This document shows, piece by piece, positions 1 to 20,235 of a stretch of DNA of 64,000 nt (position 1 is the stretch's first letter; each line of letters begins with the position of its first letter). The DNA is taken from contig CM000154.2 in the NCBI GenBank assembly GCA_000004695.1, positions 2,176,001-2,240,000 of the forward strand, read 5' to 3'. The translations under genes and the position numbers were made by a program. The notes under the pieces were generated by a model. That model saw only the letters and a program-made list of their open reading frames with translations, was not told the origin of the DNA and ran no database searches. Origin of the DNA: Dictyostelium discoideum (lineage: Eukaryota).

Positions 1-252
1 TAATTGAAGAAATATTTTCATATCCAATATCTATTAATGAGCCACTTGATTTTTTAAATATTCTATGAGAAAAAAAAAAAAATTTGATAAATTATTAGTA
101 TGAAAAGAAAAAAGGTACACTATAATATTTATATGTGTATGTTAATTACTTTTGAAATTTTAAAAATGAACTTGAAAAATAGAATCCTAGCCACACTGGT
201 TCATTTGTACTTTTTATTTTAATTATTTTAAAAAAAAAAAAATGATATAAGT

Positions 253-294
<42 letters not shown>

Positions 295-313
295 TTTAAA
301 GTAATTGATATAT

Positions 314-481
314 TTACGATTTTTTAGCTTCGAGTGTTACAACAAATTCGACATGATTCTTTGATAATAAAACTGAAACACCAAATGGAAGTACACCTAA
401 ATTTGTGCCTTGTGATGATTCATCTTCTAAACTTTTAACCTTTCTAACTGCCTTTGTGCCTTCATAAACATTTAAATTCAT
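314..481 (-). CDS. small ORF (55 aa, MNLNVYEGTKAVRKVKSLEDESSQGTNLGVLPFGVSVLLSKNHVEFVVTLEAKKS) with GC-ending codons; possibly the terminal exon of a small highly expressed gene, function unknown
   Basis: ATG at 481-479 and TAA at 316-314 on the minus strand. It is a locally GC-enriched patch (ggc, aag, gcc codons) in a ~15% GC flank. The size is below the ORF-track cutoff, so I found it by manual translation. Confidence 0.3.
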   Translation of the reverse strand: MNLNVYEGTKAVRKVKSLEDESSQGTNLGVLPFGVSVLLSKNHVEFVVTLEAKKS

Positions 482-977
482 GTTAAATTCTGTTCTTTTA
501 TTTGTTTTTTTTTTTTTTTATTCTTTAATTTTTTTTTGATCAATTTTTTTTTTTTTAATAAATATATTTATTTAATATGCATATAATTCTTTGAACATAC
601 TCAACTTTTAAAAATAAAAAAAAAAAAAAAAAAAAAAACTCACTTTTTTTTTTTTTTTTCATTTTTCAAAAATTTTATTTTTTTTTTAAATTTTTTTTTT
701 TTAATTTCAATTTTTCATTTTTCATTTTTCATTTTTTTTTTTTTTTTATCTTTCCAATTATACAAAATCGGTTTCTTACAAATTTAAAACAACCCTGATC
801 CCCTCTATTTTTATTTTTTTATTTTATTTTATTTTTTTTTGGGATCAATATTTGGGGTTAAAATTATTTATTTGGATTAGGAAAGACTTAATTCATCAGA
901 TCGATTTATTTTTATTTCATCTATTTTTTTTTCAATTATATTCCACATTTGATTAAGAAAATATTTCTTGAAAGGGA

Positions 978-1125
<148 letters not shown>

Positions 1126-2098
1126 ATAATAATATTGTGTCATGAAATTTGATTTTCCAGCTTTTTGTTTTTTTTTAAAAAAAAAAAAAAAAAAATTTAA
1201 AACTAAAAAAAAGAAAAACAAAAATATTTTGTTTTGATTTGATTATTTGATTATTTGATTATTTATTTTTTATTTTTTTTATTTATAAAGTTTTGGTTAT
1301 GTGTGATTTTATTCATTTAAAAAAATATTTTTTAAATTAACAATATTTACATTTAATTTTTTTACACAGGAGGCCTCCATTTCATTAGATTCTTGAATTG
1401 GAACATGCGGAGCACTAATCATTTTGGATTTATTTGATGAGGGATAATAAGAGGAAAAGAAAAATAAAAAAAATTCTGAATTTTTAAGATTAATCTTAAA
1501 GCACCCAAAAGTTTTTACTTTGTCACAGCGGATATAGAAGATCATCAACCTAAATTAAAATAAACTATTAAAAAAATAAAACACCATTAAATTGGATGGG
1601 GGTGATAGGTTATTTTAATTAAAAAATAGTATTTCCAAAAAAAAAATATTTAATTTGCCAAATTAACATAATTCAAAAATATTCATAACATTGTTTTATG
1701 CTATTGAGTTGGTCAATATTTGAAAATAAAAAAAAATGAAAAAAAAAAAAAAAAATGAAAAAAAAATTTAAATCTAAAATGAAAAAAAAAAAAAATTTGA
1801 AAAATGGAATACGAATTTTTTATTTTTTTCTTTTTTCGTATTTTCATAATTGATTTATTAAAATAATCTTGTGTGTGATTTTATCCAATTATTTTATTTA
1901 TTAGATAAAAAATATATATATATATATACATTAAATTTTAATAGGAATCCTTGGAAAATCTAATTAATAAATTAAAACTGGATTTAAAATAAAATTGTTA
2001 AAATTTTATATTAATTATTATTTTAATTTGATTACCTATTATTTGATTCTTTTTTTATTTCTTTTGAATAACTAAAAAGAAAATAATTTTTTTTTTTT

Positions 2099-2133
<35 letters not shown>

Positions 2134-3220
2134 TATTAACAATAATGAGTTTTTTGAGTGGAAAAGCCACTTTTTTAGATAGTTTTTTTTAATTTTTTTA
2201 ATTTTTTCTTTAATTTCAAAAAAAAAAAAAAAAAAAATTCATTTTTTAATATAAGTTCAATTATTTAGTATTGGTTCTTTTTTTTTTTTTTTTTTTATTT
2301 TTAAATATTAAAATTTTTAAAATTTTAATTTTTATTTTAAATTATAACGACATGTAATAAATTTTTTTTGGAAATAAAGGAAAAAATAAAATTGAACTTG
2401 ATTGAGAGGAAATTTTTAGTGTCTGTTTTTTGTGTTTTGTTTTGTTTCCAAAGATGATTTTTAAAATTTTTTTTTTTTTTTTTTTAATATGAGATTGATT
2501 GTAAAAAAAAAAAAAGAAAAATCTTTTTCGTTGCTGTGTTGGTGTGAGACCAAAGTTTTTTCTCTGTGGTGTGAATCTTCACACTGAAATTATAAATTGT
2601 TAACTCCAATCAAACATTGCGAGTGAAAAAATGAAAAATTTTTTTTATCCAATCAAAGGTTTTTTTTTTAAAAATTAAAAAAAAGATTTTTACCTTTTTT
2701 TGATATTTTAGGAAATTGTTATAACTATAAAGTGTTTTAATTTTTTAAAAAAAAAAACAATAATAAATATAAAAAAAAAAAAAAAAAAAAAATTAAGAAG
2801 TTAAATTTAACTAATATTACTAATTTTTAAAATAAACATTATTTTTTTATTTTTTTTAGAATTGAAAAATGTATATTGATTTTTTTATTATAAATAATTT
2901 TTTAATAATTAAATTTTATTTTAATAATGATAGAGAATTGAGTTTTGTATTTTTAATTATTTTTTTAATTATTTTTTATTTTTTTTGTAAAAATGTAGAT
3001 GGATAATTTAATTATAAAAAAAATAAAAAAAATTTTAAAAAAAAAAAAAAAAATCAAAAAAATTAAAATATGGTACTAATCTGTGTGAAAAAAATATCTG
3101 AATTTTTTTTTTTTTTTTCCATTGGGTGTAGGGAAGGGTGCAATATTGCCAAATCACACAACTGAGTTTATTCATTTTTCGTGCAAATTAGCAAAACTTT
3201 CAGCAAAATGCTACACTTTT

Positions 3221-3252
<32 letters not shown>

Positions 3253-3729
3253 TCTTTTTTTTTTTCTTTTTTAAAAAATTCTAATTTTTACTATAAATAA
3301 TTATTTTTTTTTTTCTTTTTTTTTAACAACAAGCTTATGGGAAAATAAAAAAATAAAAAAAAAAAAAAAAAAAAAAAAAGCCATATATATATTTTTTTTT
3401 TTTTTTTTATTTTATATTTTTTTAGTTAAATAAAGAAATATATTATACATCATAATTCGAAATAACATTTTTGGTTTGCCAATCACCCATATATTTTTTT
3501 TAATCATAATTTTAGTTTGATTTTCAAAAACATTTTTGATTTTTTTCACTTTTTCACTTTTTTTTTTTTTTTTCTATTCAACAATAATTTTTTAAATCAT
3601 AGTAAATAATAATAATAATTTTGTTTTAAATACATTTGTATTGTTTTTTTTTTTCACATACCAAATTTGTTTTTTTAAATCTAAATCAATATTTTTTTAT
3701 TATTAAATTTTTTTTTTTTTTTTTCTTAA

Positions 3730-6568
<2,839 letters not shown>

Positions 6569-6727
6569 TAATAAAAAAAAAAAAAAAAATATATTAAAAA
6601 ATATATAAAAATATAAAAATATAAATAAAATAAAAAATTATATTTTTAATCCATATAATTTTAATAATATACCACTTTGGATCTAATTTGTATAAAAAAA
6701 AAAAAAATAGAATTAGAAAGGAGATAA

Positions 6728-6781
<54 letters not shown>

Positions 6782-6981
6782 GTAAATACTAAATAAAAAC
6801 AAAATATTTAAAAAAAACATCAAGATTCCAAAAACAACTTTTATTCATTTATTGGAATTATCTTTTTTTTAATTATTTTTAATTTTTTTTTTTTTTTTTA
6901 TTCACTTTTTTTTTCAGTTCCCTTTTAAATTAAATTTTTTTTTTTTTATATTCATTTTTTTTTTTTTTTTTTTTAAAAATA

Positions 6982-7713
6982 ATGAACAAAGGGAATAGCA
7001 ATAATAAGATAATTCAACAAGCTCAATATTTAACATTTCAAAAAAAATTAATAAGGATTGGTTCAGATAAATCAAAGAATGAAAATGAAATAGATATAAA
7101 GATAACATTAATAAAATTAAAGAAACCACATCAACAACAACAACCCCAAATTGAAAATAATAGTTTTTCAAAAAGTGTTAATAAAAAAGGTTATTTTGAA
7201 ATTGTTGGGTTTGAAAAAGGGGTAGATCATAAAATATTATCAAATTCAATTGATTTCAAGGGAGAGACTGATAAATTTCAATATATATCATCATGCTCAA
7301 TCATTGATGATACAATTCAAAATCAATATTTTATATATCTATTAATACAAGTTGAATCTTTAATACCAACCACACTAAAATATATTTTCGGTTATTTAGA
7401 TTCAAATTATAAATTTAATATTATACATAGATTCAATATACCATCATCATCATCATCATCAACAGCAACAACAACAACTAAACTCACATATAAAATATTA
7501 GATGGTCCAAATATTATCATTCATAATAGTAATAATAATATATTTTATGTTCAAAGTATTGATAAAGAATCATATAATTTTAATGATTATGAACCACAAC
7601 AGCAGCAACAACAACAACAACAACTAGTATATAAATGGATATCATTTGAACATCAATCAATACCAGATTCAAAACCAGTATCTTTCGCAACATTATCAAC
7701 AAATATAAATTTA

Positions 7714-7758
<45 letters not shown>

Positions 7759-10089
7759 TTATTTTTAGATGAAACTATTAATCAACAATATGAAATACCA
7801 TATGTAATAACATATTCACATGAACCAACATCAATTTTTAATAAGACAATATTAAATCAACCATCAATTAAAAGTACAAGTCCAGAATTAAAAAAGAATA
7901 TAAATAAGATTAAAAGTTTATCATTGAATATAATTTTAAATAATTTATATTCAAATAAAGAAATTAATCGTCAAGGTGAATTTCATATACTTAAATCAAT
8001 TAATGATTCAACCAATTCATATACAATTCAATTAGAGAAATCCATTTTAATATTTAGAGATAATGATAATGATAATACCGATAGTTATAAACCAATTTGG
8101 GAAATTGAATTACCAAAGAAACCTTTAAATATTTATTTCACATCATTACCATCGTTGTTAATTTTTGATAATAATTTTGATAATAATATTGATACTAAAA
8201 ATAAAACTAAAGAAGATATTGAAATATTTAAATGGTCACAAGGTTGTTTGGTTGTAAATTATCAAAAAGAGGATAAATTAGTACAAGTTTATTCAATGGC
8301 AACAAAAGAATTATTAAATGAATCAACCAATGTTTCAGAGATGTGGATACATGATTTCTTATCATATGGGTTCGATCAATTATTAATTCGTCATATGAAA
8401 GATGATAAAACAGATAAGAAAATCGTTTTATCAATGATACCTTTAAATTTTATTTCATTTAATAGACGTATAAAAATTGAAGATCCTCCTACCTCTACTT
8501 CTTTAAATACTATTGGTGGTGTTGGTGGTGTTTGTAGTGTTGATATTAAAGAAACAAAGAAACCAATTGCATTTGAAATTATAATGGAGTCATTAGAGAC
8601 AAGATCAAAATTAGCAAGTCAAGAATATAAAGATTTAGAAAAACAATTTATTTCGAAAAAAGGTTTATTAGAACATTCTTTAAAGATATTAGAATCATTT
8701 GGTACTCCAAAATCATTAAATATAAATAATATTAATGGTTCACAATTAAATAATTGGGATTATGAATTTAAATCATTAATTAATAATAATAATAAAGAAC
8801 AACAACAACAACAACAACAACAAAATAAACAAAGAGAAGAAAAAGAAACTAGTGATCAATTGGTAGTTAATATACAATCGATAGATATATCAATTAGTGG
8901 TAATACTCTATATTGTATGATAGAATTGAAGAAATCATTTAAACCATATACAATTGTATCTGTATTCTTAACTTGTAAAGATTTATCATTAATCACTAAA
9001 ACTAAATTCACACTTTCAGATAATAATCATCCATATGGTATTGATATTGATAATAAAGCAAATTCAACAACAACAACAACAACAACAACTTTATTATTAG
9101 AATCATCTTTAGATCCATTAAACATTGATTATAGTTTACCAAACTTGATCAACGTTTTCATTGAATGGGGTTTTACATTACCAAAAGAAAGATCTAAAAT
9201 CTCACCATCAAAAAATAATAATAACAATAACAATAACAATAATAATAGCAATAATAATAATAATAATATAGTTTATGATATTAGTTATGGTAATGATAAT
9301 ATAAATTCAACATTTTTATATTCATTTTATTTAAATGATTATATTGGGAAACATAATCAAAAACAGCAACAACATATATTAAAAACCTTAACAGAAAAGA
9401 AATCAAAGATAAATTTCCCTTTTGAATTGGATTTCGTAATAAGTGGTATTGATTTATCTTTATTGAAAACATCAAGAATGGTAGAGATTTTACAAGAGTT
9501 ACTTCCAAATTCAGATTTCATAATGTCAAAGAATTTCAACCCAATTGATATTAGTAGTAATGATGTTTCAATGAATGAAGATGATGACGATGATGATGAT
9601 GAATATGATGATAAATTATTAACATTCACTTCTTGTGATGATCCTTTTATTAATTTTCAATTTAATTTTGGTAAAAATAATAACAATCATCAAACAGCAA
9701 CAACAACGACAACAACGACAACAACAACAGCTCAATTACTATTACATATAAATTCAGTTTGTTTATTTACAATGATAACAAATATTAAAGTTTTCATTGA
9801 AAAATTAAAGAGTAAATCTGTTGTAAATTCAAATTTTAATATTAATTTATCAAATAGAAAGAATGAAAATAAATGGAATTATCAATTAAGAAAGGATATA
9901 TTACAACAGTTAAAGGATGAAATATACATGATCTCCTCATCGAATCTATCAAATGAACATAGTTTTAACAAAAAACTTCAAAAAGAGATTTTCTTAAAAT
10001 ATCATCAACTATATCAAAAAATTTATCAATCAAAAATTGAAACACAATCACTTCTTTATCATTTAGAATTATTAAATAAATTTAATTAA
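6982..10089 (+). CDS. hypothetical Asn/Gln/Ser-rich protein (1035 aa), no recognised domain
   Basis: It is a continuous 3.1 kb ORF with an AAAATAATG start context and low-complexity N/Q/T runs. It ends with an acidic D/E stretch and a predicted coiled-coil tail. Confidence 0.55.
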
Positions 10090-10147
10090 ATATTTATTTT
10101 TATTTTTATTTTTTTGATGCTGTACATATATAGGTGGTATTTTTAGT

Positions 10148-10156
10148 ATTATTTTT

Positions 10157-10213
<57 letters not shown>

Positions 10214-10214
10214 T
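10148..10214. repeat. (TTA)n microsatellite in the 3' flank of the NDUFA12-family gene
   Basis: A run of ~20 uninterrupted units read directly from the sequence. Confidence 0.9.
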
Positions 10215-10689
10215 TTATTGTTTTGGTATTATATTCCTATTATCTAAATTTTCTTGTTGTTGTTGTTTTTTGTACTCCATTTCTTGTACTCTTAATTTTA
10301 AATCCTCTTCTTCAAATATTTTTGCTTTTTCTTTTATTGATCTTTGTCTTTCATCTTCTTTTAATACATCCTATTATATTATAATTATTTTTTTTTTTGA
10401 TTAGATTACAAAATTATTATATGTTTTGAAAAAAAAATAATAAAAATAAACTTACTTCATAAGTTGGTGGATCAGAAACTCTAAATGCTAACCATCTATT
10501 CCAAATTGATGGAATTGTTCTTGGATTTGGTTCACGAATGAAATAATCTACATCCCTTCTAACTTTACCTTCACTATCGATAAATTGGTAATATCTATTT
10601 AAATGTAAATCTTCACCAATAAATGTTTTATTTCTAAACCTATCCAATCCCATCTTTTTTAAATTATAAATTAATTTGTTTTTATTCAT
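10215..10689 (-). CDS. NDUFA12-family protein, most like complex I assembly factor NDUFAF2 (mimitin)
   Basis: The CDS is join(10215..10370, 10456..10689) on the minus strand, with the intron at 10371-10455 (GTAAGT..ATAG, phase 0). The spliced protein is 128 aa. It carries the NDUFA12 signature GEDLHLNRYYQF...PSIWNRWLAFRVSDPPT (compare NDUFA12 GEDKYGNKYYED...WHRWLH..DDPPT). The short K/E-rich C-terminus resembles NDUFAF2 rather than NDUFA12. Confidence 0.75.
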
Positions 10690-10748
10690 TTTATTAATTA
10701 TTTATATATTATTATTATTTATAAGAAAAAGAATTAAAAAATAAAAAA

Positions 10749-10786
<38 letters not shown>

Positions 10787-10904
10787 TTTTCATTTTTTTT
10801 TTTTCCTATAAAAACTTTTTTTTTTTTTTTTTGCATTATTTTTTATTTTTTTTTTTTATTATTTTTATTTTGGAAATTTAGAAAACAAATAATTCAATGA
10901 ATGA

Positions 10905-12408
<1,504 letters not shown>

Positions 12409-12601
12409 AAATAAAAAAATAAAAAAATGAAAATAAAAATTAAAAAAATAATTATTATTAAATTGAATTTCAGTAATAATTAATGTGTATTTAAATAAAT
12501 AAATTTTAAAAAAAAATTTTAAAAAATTAAAAATTATAATAAAAAATAATTATTTTTATTATTAAATTGAAAGTGTCTTTCTCTCTCTTCCTAACTCAAA
12601 G

Positions 12602-12647
<46 letters not shown>

Positions 12648-13005
12648 CACTCACCCAACACACAAACATTCATGCACACAAGTAATCTAAAAATAAAAAG
12701 TAACAGCTTAAAAAATTATAAAATTTAATGATTTTTACTAAAATTGGTAAAAAAACATTAATCTTTAATAACAATAAATAATTGTAGAGTTGGTTAAAAA
12801 AAAATTATTATTTTTTTCAAATAAAAAGTAAAAATTTAATTTAATTATTTGTTTTTATTTTTTTATTTTTTTTTTTTAACAGATAAATTACTTATTATTT
12901 TTAGATTTTGTAAATAACGACTAATTGAATGTTGAAATTTTAAAAAAATATATATTATTTTACTTGATTAAAATGATGGTAATCCCAGCAACCAATTAAA
13001 AATAT

Positions 13006-13043
<38 letters not shown>

Positions 13044-14171
13044 TTAAATAAATTAATAAATAATATGATTATTTTTAAAAGATATAAAAGTGTTTTTAAA
13101 TTAAGTGTACTATTGTTTAAAATAACAACTATAAAAAAAACAAAAAAAAAATTCCAACATTAATGTTACTCCCCCATCTAAACACAGTTGCGTTACATGA
13201 AAAAAATTGTTTTTTTTTTTTTTTTATTTTTATTTTTATTTTTTAAGTTTTGTAGTGGCAATATAAAATTTATTTGGGTAGTTGTATTTACTACGTTATG
13301 GGTTAGAAAATAATGTTGTTGAAATGTATTCTAAGTAAATGGTAGCTGTGTTTGATATTGAGATAGGTGAGATACTTGATAGTTTAAAAAAAAAAAAAAA
13401 AAAAAAACATATGAAATATTATACTACCATTTTTCCCACCAAAAATTTCAAACTTAAAAAATATCACTTATTTAACGAGAGAGAGAGAGAGATCACACCA
13501 ACATTTTCTATAACCACACATTATATATATATACAAAAAATAATAATAAAAATAAAAATAATAAATAATAATTTAATTTAATTTAATATAATTTCCAAAT
13601 TATTTTTGGCACTTAATATGAGAAGTATATTGAAATTTTTAATTAACTTACATTTTTTTTGTAGATTAAAAAAAAAAAAAAAATATTGTACGAGTAGTAA
13701 AAATTATATATAAAACCCCCATAAAAATATACACTCACACAACACAATGATTTTTAACACAATAATTTTAAAAGAGTTAGTGTGTACTTTTAATAATTAC
13801 CACAAAAAAAAAAAATATATATATTTTGTGTATAAATTTAGTTTGAAAGAAAAAAAAAAAAAAAAAAAACAATTAAATAACAACAACTAATAATATTATA
13901 TTATAAATAACACTCAAGCAATTTTCATTTTCAATAAAAAACACACTCACACACTCACCACCATATATCAACATTATAATTCCACCACTATAAGGATTAT
14001 TTAAAGTTTAAAAAAAAAATAAATTTATTATTTTTTTTTTTTTATTGATCATGCCTATGGAATTTTGGATGAATATGATAATTTGCACATATTTGAATTT
14101 ACATTTCCATTTTATTTTATTTAAATTTTGTGTTAGTGTGTGGGGCTTGTGTGTGAAGTGTTATTTTGTAT

Positions 14172-14204
<33 letters not shown>

Positions 14205-14211
14205 TTTTAAA

Positions 14212-14242
<31 letters not shown>

Positions 14243-14414
14243 ATTTAAATGTATATATTTAATTGTAGTGTATACATTATAAAATCAAGCATTGGCAATA
14301 TATTTTTTAATTTAAATTATTTTTATTTATTTATTTATTTATTTATTTTTAAAAAATATTATTTTTAATTATTTTTTAATTTTTTTTTTTTTTTTAATCA
14401 TTAAAAATAATAAA

Positions 14415-14514
14415 NNNNNNNNNNNNNNNNNNNNNNNNNNNNNNNNNNNNNNNNNNNNNNNNNNNNNNNNNNNNNNNNNNNNNNNNNNNNNNNNNNNNNN
14501 NNNNNNNNNNNNNN
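14415..14514. other. assembly gap (100 N)
   Basis: A run of n characters in the sequence. Confidence 1.
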
Positions 14515-14607
14515 AAATAATTTTACCATTAAGTAAAAATAAAAATACCCATAAAAAGTAAAATTTTAAAAATAAAAAAATAAATTTTCCCCCTTAAAAA
14601 AAATAAT

Positions 14608-14639
<32 letters not shown>

Positions 14640-14714
14640 CCAAAAAATCATATATAATCTTTTAAAAGGTTTATATTTTTTTTAAAAATAAAAAATAATT
14701 TCATTGTGGGGAAT

Positions 14715-14761
<47 letters not shown>

Positions 14762-15292
14762 AAAATAATATTAATCATTAATTTTAATTTCACATTATAA
14801 TTGTATTAAAGTGATATATTTATAATAACGAAAAAAAAATTTAATTAAAATAATTTGCCAAATAATAATTTAAAATTCTAATTTTGTTCAATTATTTTGG
14901 GTAATTTAAAAAAAAAACTAGAATTATTTATTCTATCGAAAACTAATAAAATAAAAAAAAAAAAAAAAAAAAAAATTAACTTTAATTTACTAATCTTTTA
15001 TAAAAAAAAAAAAAATCCTTTCTTATTTCCAATTAATAATAGGAAAATTAAAATCTTTGTTTAAATTCAATTTTATAATTTTAAAAGATAAAAAGTATTA
15101 AATATTAATTTTTTTTCAAGTGTTGTTTTTTTTTTTTCCCCTTTTTTGTGTGGTATCTATAATTCCTCAATTATTTTATAAATAAAAAAAATAACATTTT
15201 TACTATTGTATTTTTATAATTTTTTTATTATAATCATTTTTTTTTTTGTTAAATTTTTAATATTTATTTATTTATTTTTTATAAGATGGAAA

Positions 15293-15328
<36 letters not shown>

Positions 15329-17092
15329 AAAAAAGATAAATATATTTTCATACCCATTTTTTTTTTTTTATCTTTAAATTTTTTTTATATTTTTATTTTT
15401 ATTTTTTTATGGATTCACTTTTAAGTAATCATAACTCACCAATGAAAAATTATTTCCTTAATTAATTTGTAATAAAATAATACCAATTTTTCATTGAAGA
15501 TTTTAAAAAAAAAAATTTTAAAAAAAAAAAAATTTAAAAAAAAAAAAAAATTGTAACCTTTAAAATTATTAATTTAAAAACCCATTTTCTTTAAATGTTT
15601 ATTACTACAAATTAAAAATTTACTTGTCCTTTTAAGTTTCATCATTTTCTGTTTTTTTACTTTTTTTTTTTTTTTTTTTTATATATAAAATAAAAAATAA
15701 AAATAATTCATCTCAAAGTTATTTTTTATTTTCACAACCTGTAAAAATTCTTCATTTCATCCCTTACTGTTTTTATTGTTTTTTTATTTTTAAAACTATA
15801 TTATAATTATTTTTTCTTTCTTTTTTTTTTAATTTTTTTCCATTTATTTTTTTTTTTTAAAAAAAAAATAATTAATTCGATATAAATTATCTTCACAAGC
15901 AACATAAAATTTAAAAAATAAAAAAATCTTTATAGTAAATATATATATATTTTTTTTATAAAATATTTTTAATGACTATAAATATCAAATATATACTATT
16001 ATTCAATTGTTTCTTAATATAATTTAAAATGTCATAATAAAACACCATTTTTATAGAAAATGGAATATTTAAAATTGTGTTTTTATTTATTTTTTTTTTA
16101 TTTTGTTTTTTTTATTTTTTATTTATTATTATTATTTTTTTTTTTCTGCTTAAAACAAAATAACATCAACCCACTAAACACACATTTTCCCTCAAAAACA
16201 TCACCCCCCTCCTATCATCAAATTAACACATATCTATTTTATATTTTTTATAAAATTTTTTATCAAAGAATTTTTTCCTTTTTTTTATTTTTTTTTTTTT
16301 TTTTTTTATCTTTTTTTTTTTTTTTTTAAATATTTATTCTTTTAAATAAATTATAAAAAAAAGAGATCATTTTTAAAAAAAAAAATTAAAAAAAATCTAC
16401 AATCTCCTTTTTAAAATAATTTTATTATCATCGTCCTATTTTTTATTTTTTTTAAATTCAATTTACTATTTTTTTACACACAAATTTTAAAATCAGATTA
16501 AATAAACAATAGTTTTTTGGTTTTTAAAATATAATAAATCATTTTAAAATAGATAACAACTATTTAAATCTATTTATTTCATCAAAAGATTTTATTAAAA
16601 AATAAACAATAATAATAATAAAATAATAATAATAATAAAAAAATAAAAAAATAAAAAAAAAAAAAAAAAAAAGGATCTTTAAAATTAAAAATATCGAAGC
16701 AATTTTTAAATTTAAAATCTACAGGATAATTATAATCACCCATTTTTTAGTAAATATTACTTTTTACTAAAATATTCATTTTTTTTATTATTTTATGTTA
16801 AATAATAAAATTTTAAAATTTACTTTTTTTTTTTTTTTTTTTTAATATATTTGTTAAGCAAATAATCAATAAAATCATAATACTAACACAATATTGTTTT
16901 TTTATTTTAAAAAAAAAAAAATAATAATAAATAAATAAATAAATTCCAAAAATAACTTTTTTTTTTTTATTTATTTTATTATCTTCTTTTTTTTTTTTTT
17001 TTTCCATAAATATTTTTTTTTTTTTTTTTTTTTTGTTATCTATTATTTATTTATTTATTTTATTATTTATTTAAAAAATATTAAATAAGGTA

Positions 17093-17103
17093 ATGGAACA
17101 AAT

Positions 17104-17188
<85 letters not shown>

Positions 17189-17190
17189 CT

Positions 17191-17260
<70 letters not shown>

Positions 17261-18980
17261 AATCCAAAAATGAATAATCAACCAAATGAAACCAGATTGC
17301 CATCTCCACCATTATTAAACTCTACTGTTCCAAAAAATGAATTAAATATTAATCATCACCATCAACATAATTATAAAATCAACTCTGCACCTCTAAAAGC
17401 AAGCCAACATGCCAATGAATATGATCATAATGAAGAATCTTTAAATTCCAGTAATAACAATAATAATAATAATTTTAATAATTCTCGTCCAACATTTTCT
17501 TCCTGCTCTGGAAATTCAAATAATACAACAACAACAACCACAACAACAACAACAACCAATCCAATCAATGGTTCAGTTAATTCTAATGTCACTACAACAA
17601 GTATTAATACAATTCATCAAAAATTTATCACTCAATTAAAACAAAGATTAGGAAAAGGTATTGATTATAATAACTATATTAATAAATTAAAAAATATTAA
17701 TAATATTAACAATATTTCTAAATTAATTAATCTATCTTCTCAACCTGATGCAATTGGAAAAAATAATAATTTAATTTCAAACACTGGTCCAGTGGCTGAA
17801 ATGTATGATGATGAAGAATTTGATGAATTTGATGAAGAAGAAGATGATGATATCTCTGCTCAAAAATTAGTTGGAATTCTCTCTAGGGAAAGTAGTAGTA
17901 GTAACCTATCCAGTATTGCTCCATCACCATTATTACAACAACCAAATTGTTTGCCGTCTCCATTCATAAATGGTACTCCACTATTATCAAACCATAGTAA
18001 TAACAACAATAATAATAATAATAACCACCACCATCATCATCACCACCACCACCAAAAAAGATTATCAATTGGATCAATGGATTCAACAAATCACTTAACC
18101 CCACTGCCATTATTACATAAACATACAAACAATAATAATAATATCAATAATAATAATAATCATAATCATAATAATATATTAGGTTCACCCAACCAACTTA
18201 ATAGATCACAAGATTTTACATCTAAAAATAATAATATTAATAATAATAATAATAATAATAATAAAATAATTAATGAAGAAAATTGTAATAAAGGATCACC
18301 AAATCAAAACTCGAGTGAAAATAATAGTGAAGAAGAAAATGAATATCATGGTGGTGAAGAAGGTAATGTTTATTCAGTTTATGATTTAAATTCTCCATAT
18401 TTTAATGAAAGAAAACAAAGAGCTTTATCAAATAATAAATCACAACAACCACCACAACATGTTCCAACTCCATGTACATATAATGATTGCTGTATTTGTG
18501 CCTATGGTCCACCACCATCATTTTTTACATCTGCGCCAACATGGGCTGATATTTGCTATATTGCTTTATACTGTTTAACCTTATCAAGACCCGAAGTTAA
18601 ATATTACCATATAAAGAAAGATATTTGTACTTTTATCGACTGCCATTATGAAACTATTTGTATGAGAAAACGTACTTCAATCTGGAGACAAACTGTAAAT
18701 ATGACATTATCACATCCACAATACTTTGAAATGTTTCAACAAGAAAGTGCTCTTGAAAATGGTAGAAAAGGATACTATGGTCTAAAACAAATTCATGATC
18801 CATATGAACACACCGCTCTCAATAAAAGAAGTAGAAGAAAGAGAAGACATGAACAAAAAATGATTCAAGAAGAATTAAAAAAGAATGGTTTCACAAATTT
18901 ATTATTAAATTCACCTTCTATAGAAAATAATGATCAACACCATAATGGTTATATTCAATCATATAATAATAATAGTAATC

Positions 18981-19058
<78 letters not shown>

Positions 19059-19349
19059 GTAATAATAATAATAATAATAACATTAATAATAATAATATTA
19101 ACAATAACAATAATAATAATATTTTAACTTCACCAATTCAACATCATCCACATTCACACCAACAACAACACCACCAACAACAATTACAACACCAACAACA
19201 CCAACAACAACAATTGCTACACCAACAACATCAACAATTGCTACACCAACAACATCAGCAACAATTACAAATACAGTATCAACAACAACAAACTCATAAT
19301 AACAATTTAAATCAAACTCAACAATTATATTATAACCACCATCATCATC

Positions 19350-19386
<37 letters not shown>

Positions 19387-20179
19387 TAACAATAATAATA
19401 ATAATAATAATTCCAATCATAATTCTGTATTAACATCACCTCCATTATCACAATTTCCAAAAACTCCACTACAATTATCACAGACACCGCAACACTCACT
19501 CTCAGCACTATCATCACCATTCCTTAAAACTCTAACCATTGAAGATGAGGACGATTCATATAATGGCCAAGTTCATAAAAAATTAAGAAGTGCCAAATTA
19601 ACCTCTGTCAATTCAATAAACTCAAATAGTGGAATGTCATTACCAATGATTAGTAGTCCATCACCAAATTTAAGTCATATGCAAAAGAATAGACCAAATT
19701 TCGATGATATATTAAATAGCTCACTTTCTTCAAGTAATACTACTAATTCAGCAACAACTTCATCATCAAATTCAATTCTTTCAAACTCACTATCAAATAT
19801 ATCCAATAGTAGTGGTGGAAGTGGTGGCGTTTGTATTAGTGAAGATTATGAATCAAATATTCAAAGAAGAAAAAGCTTAAATAACATTGTTTTAAATAAA
19901 ACAAATAAAAATATCTTGCCAAAACTTGATGATGAATGTGATGACGAAGATGACTTTCATTTTACAGAAAATGAAAGAGAAGTACCAGTTTCAAATTTAA
20001 AGAGTAGTTCCTTTATTATTAATAAAAATAATATAATTAATCAACAAAACTATAATGAAAATAATAACAATAACAATAATAACAATAATAATAATTATAA
20101 TATTAATAATATTAATAATAACAATAATAACAACTTTGATGATGCTGATGATGAAAATGAGTTTGAAAATAAAGATAAT

Positions 20180-20235
<56 letters not shown>

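Noticed and set aside
1361-1450. Similarity of aattggaac... to U6 snRNA
   Set aside because: Only a 9-nt coincidence. The rest of U6 (ACAGAGAAGATTAGCATGGCCCCTGCGCAAGGATGACACGC) is absent.
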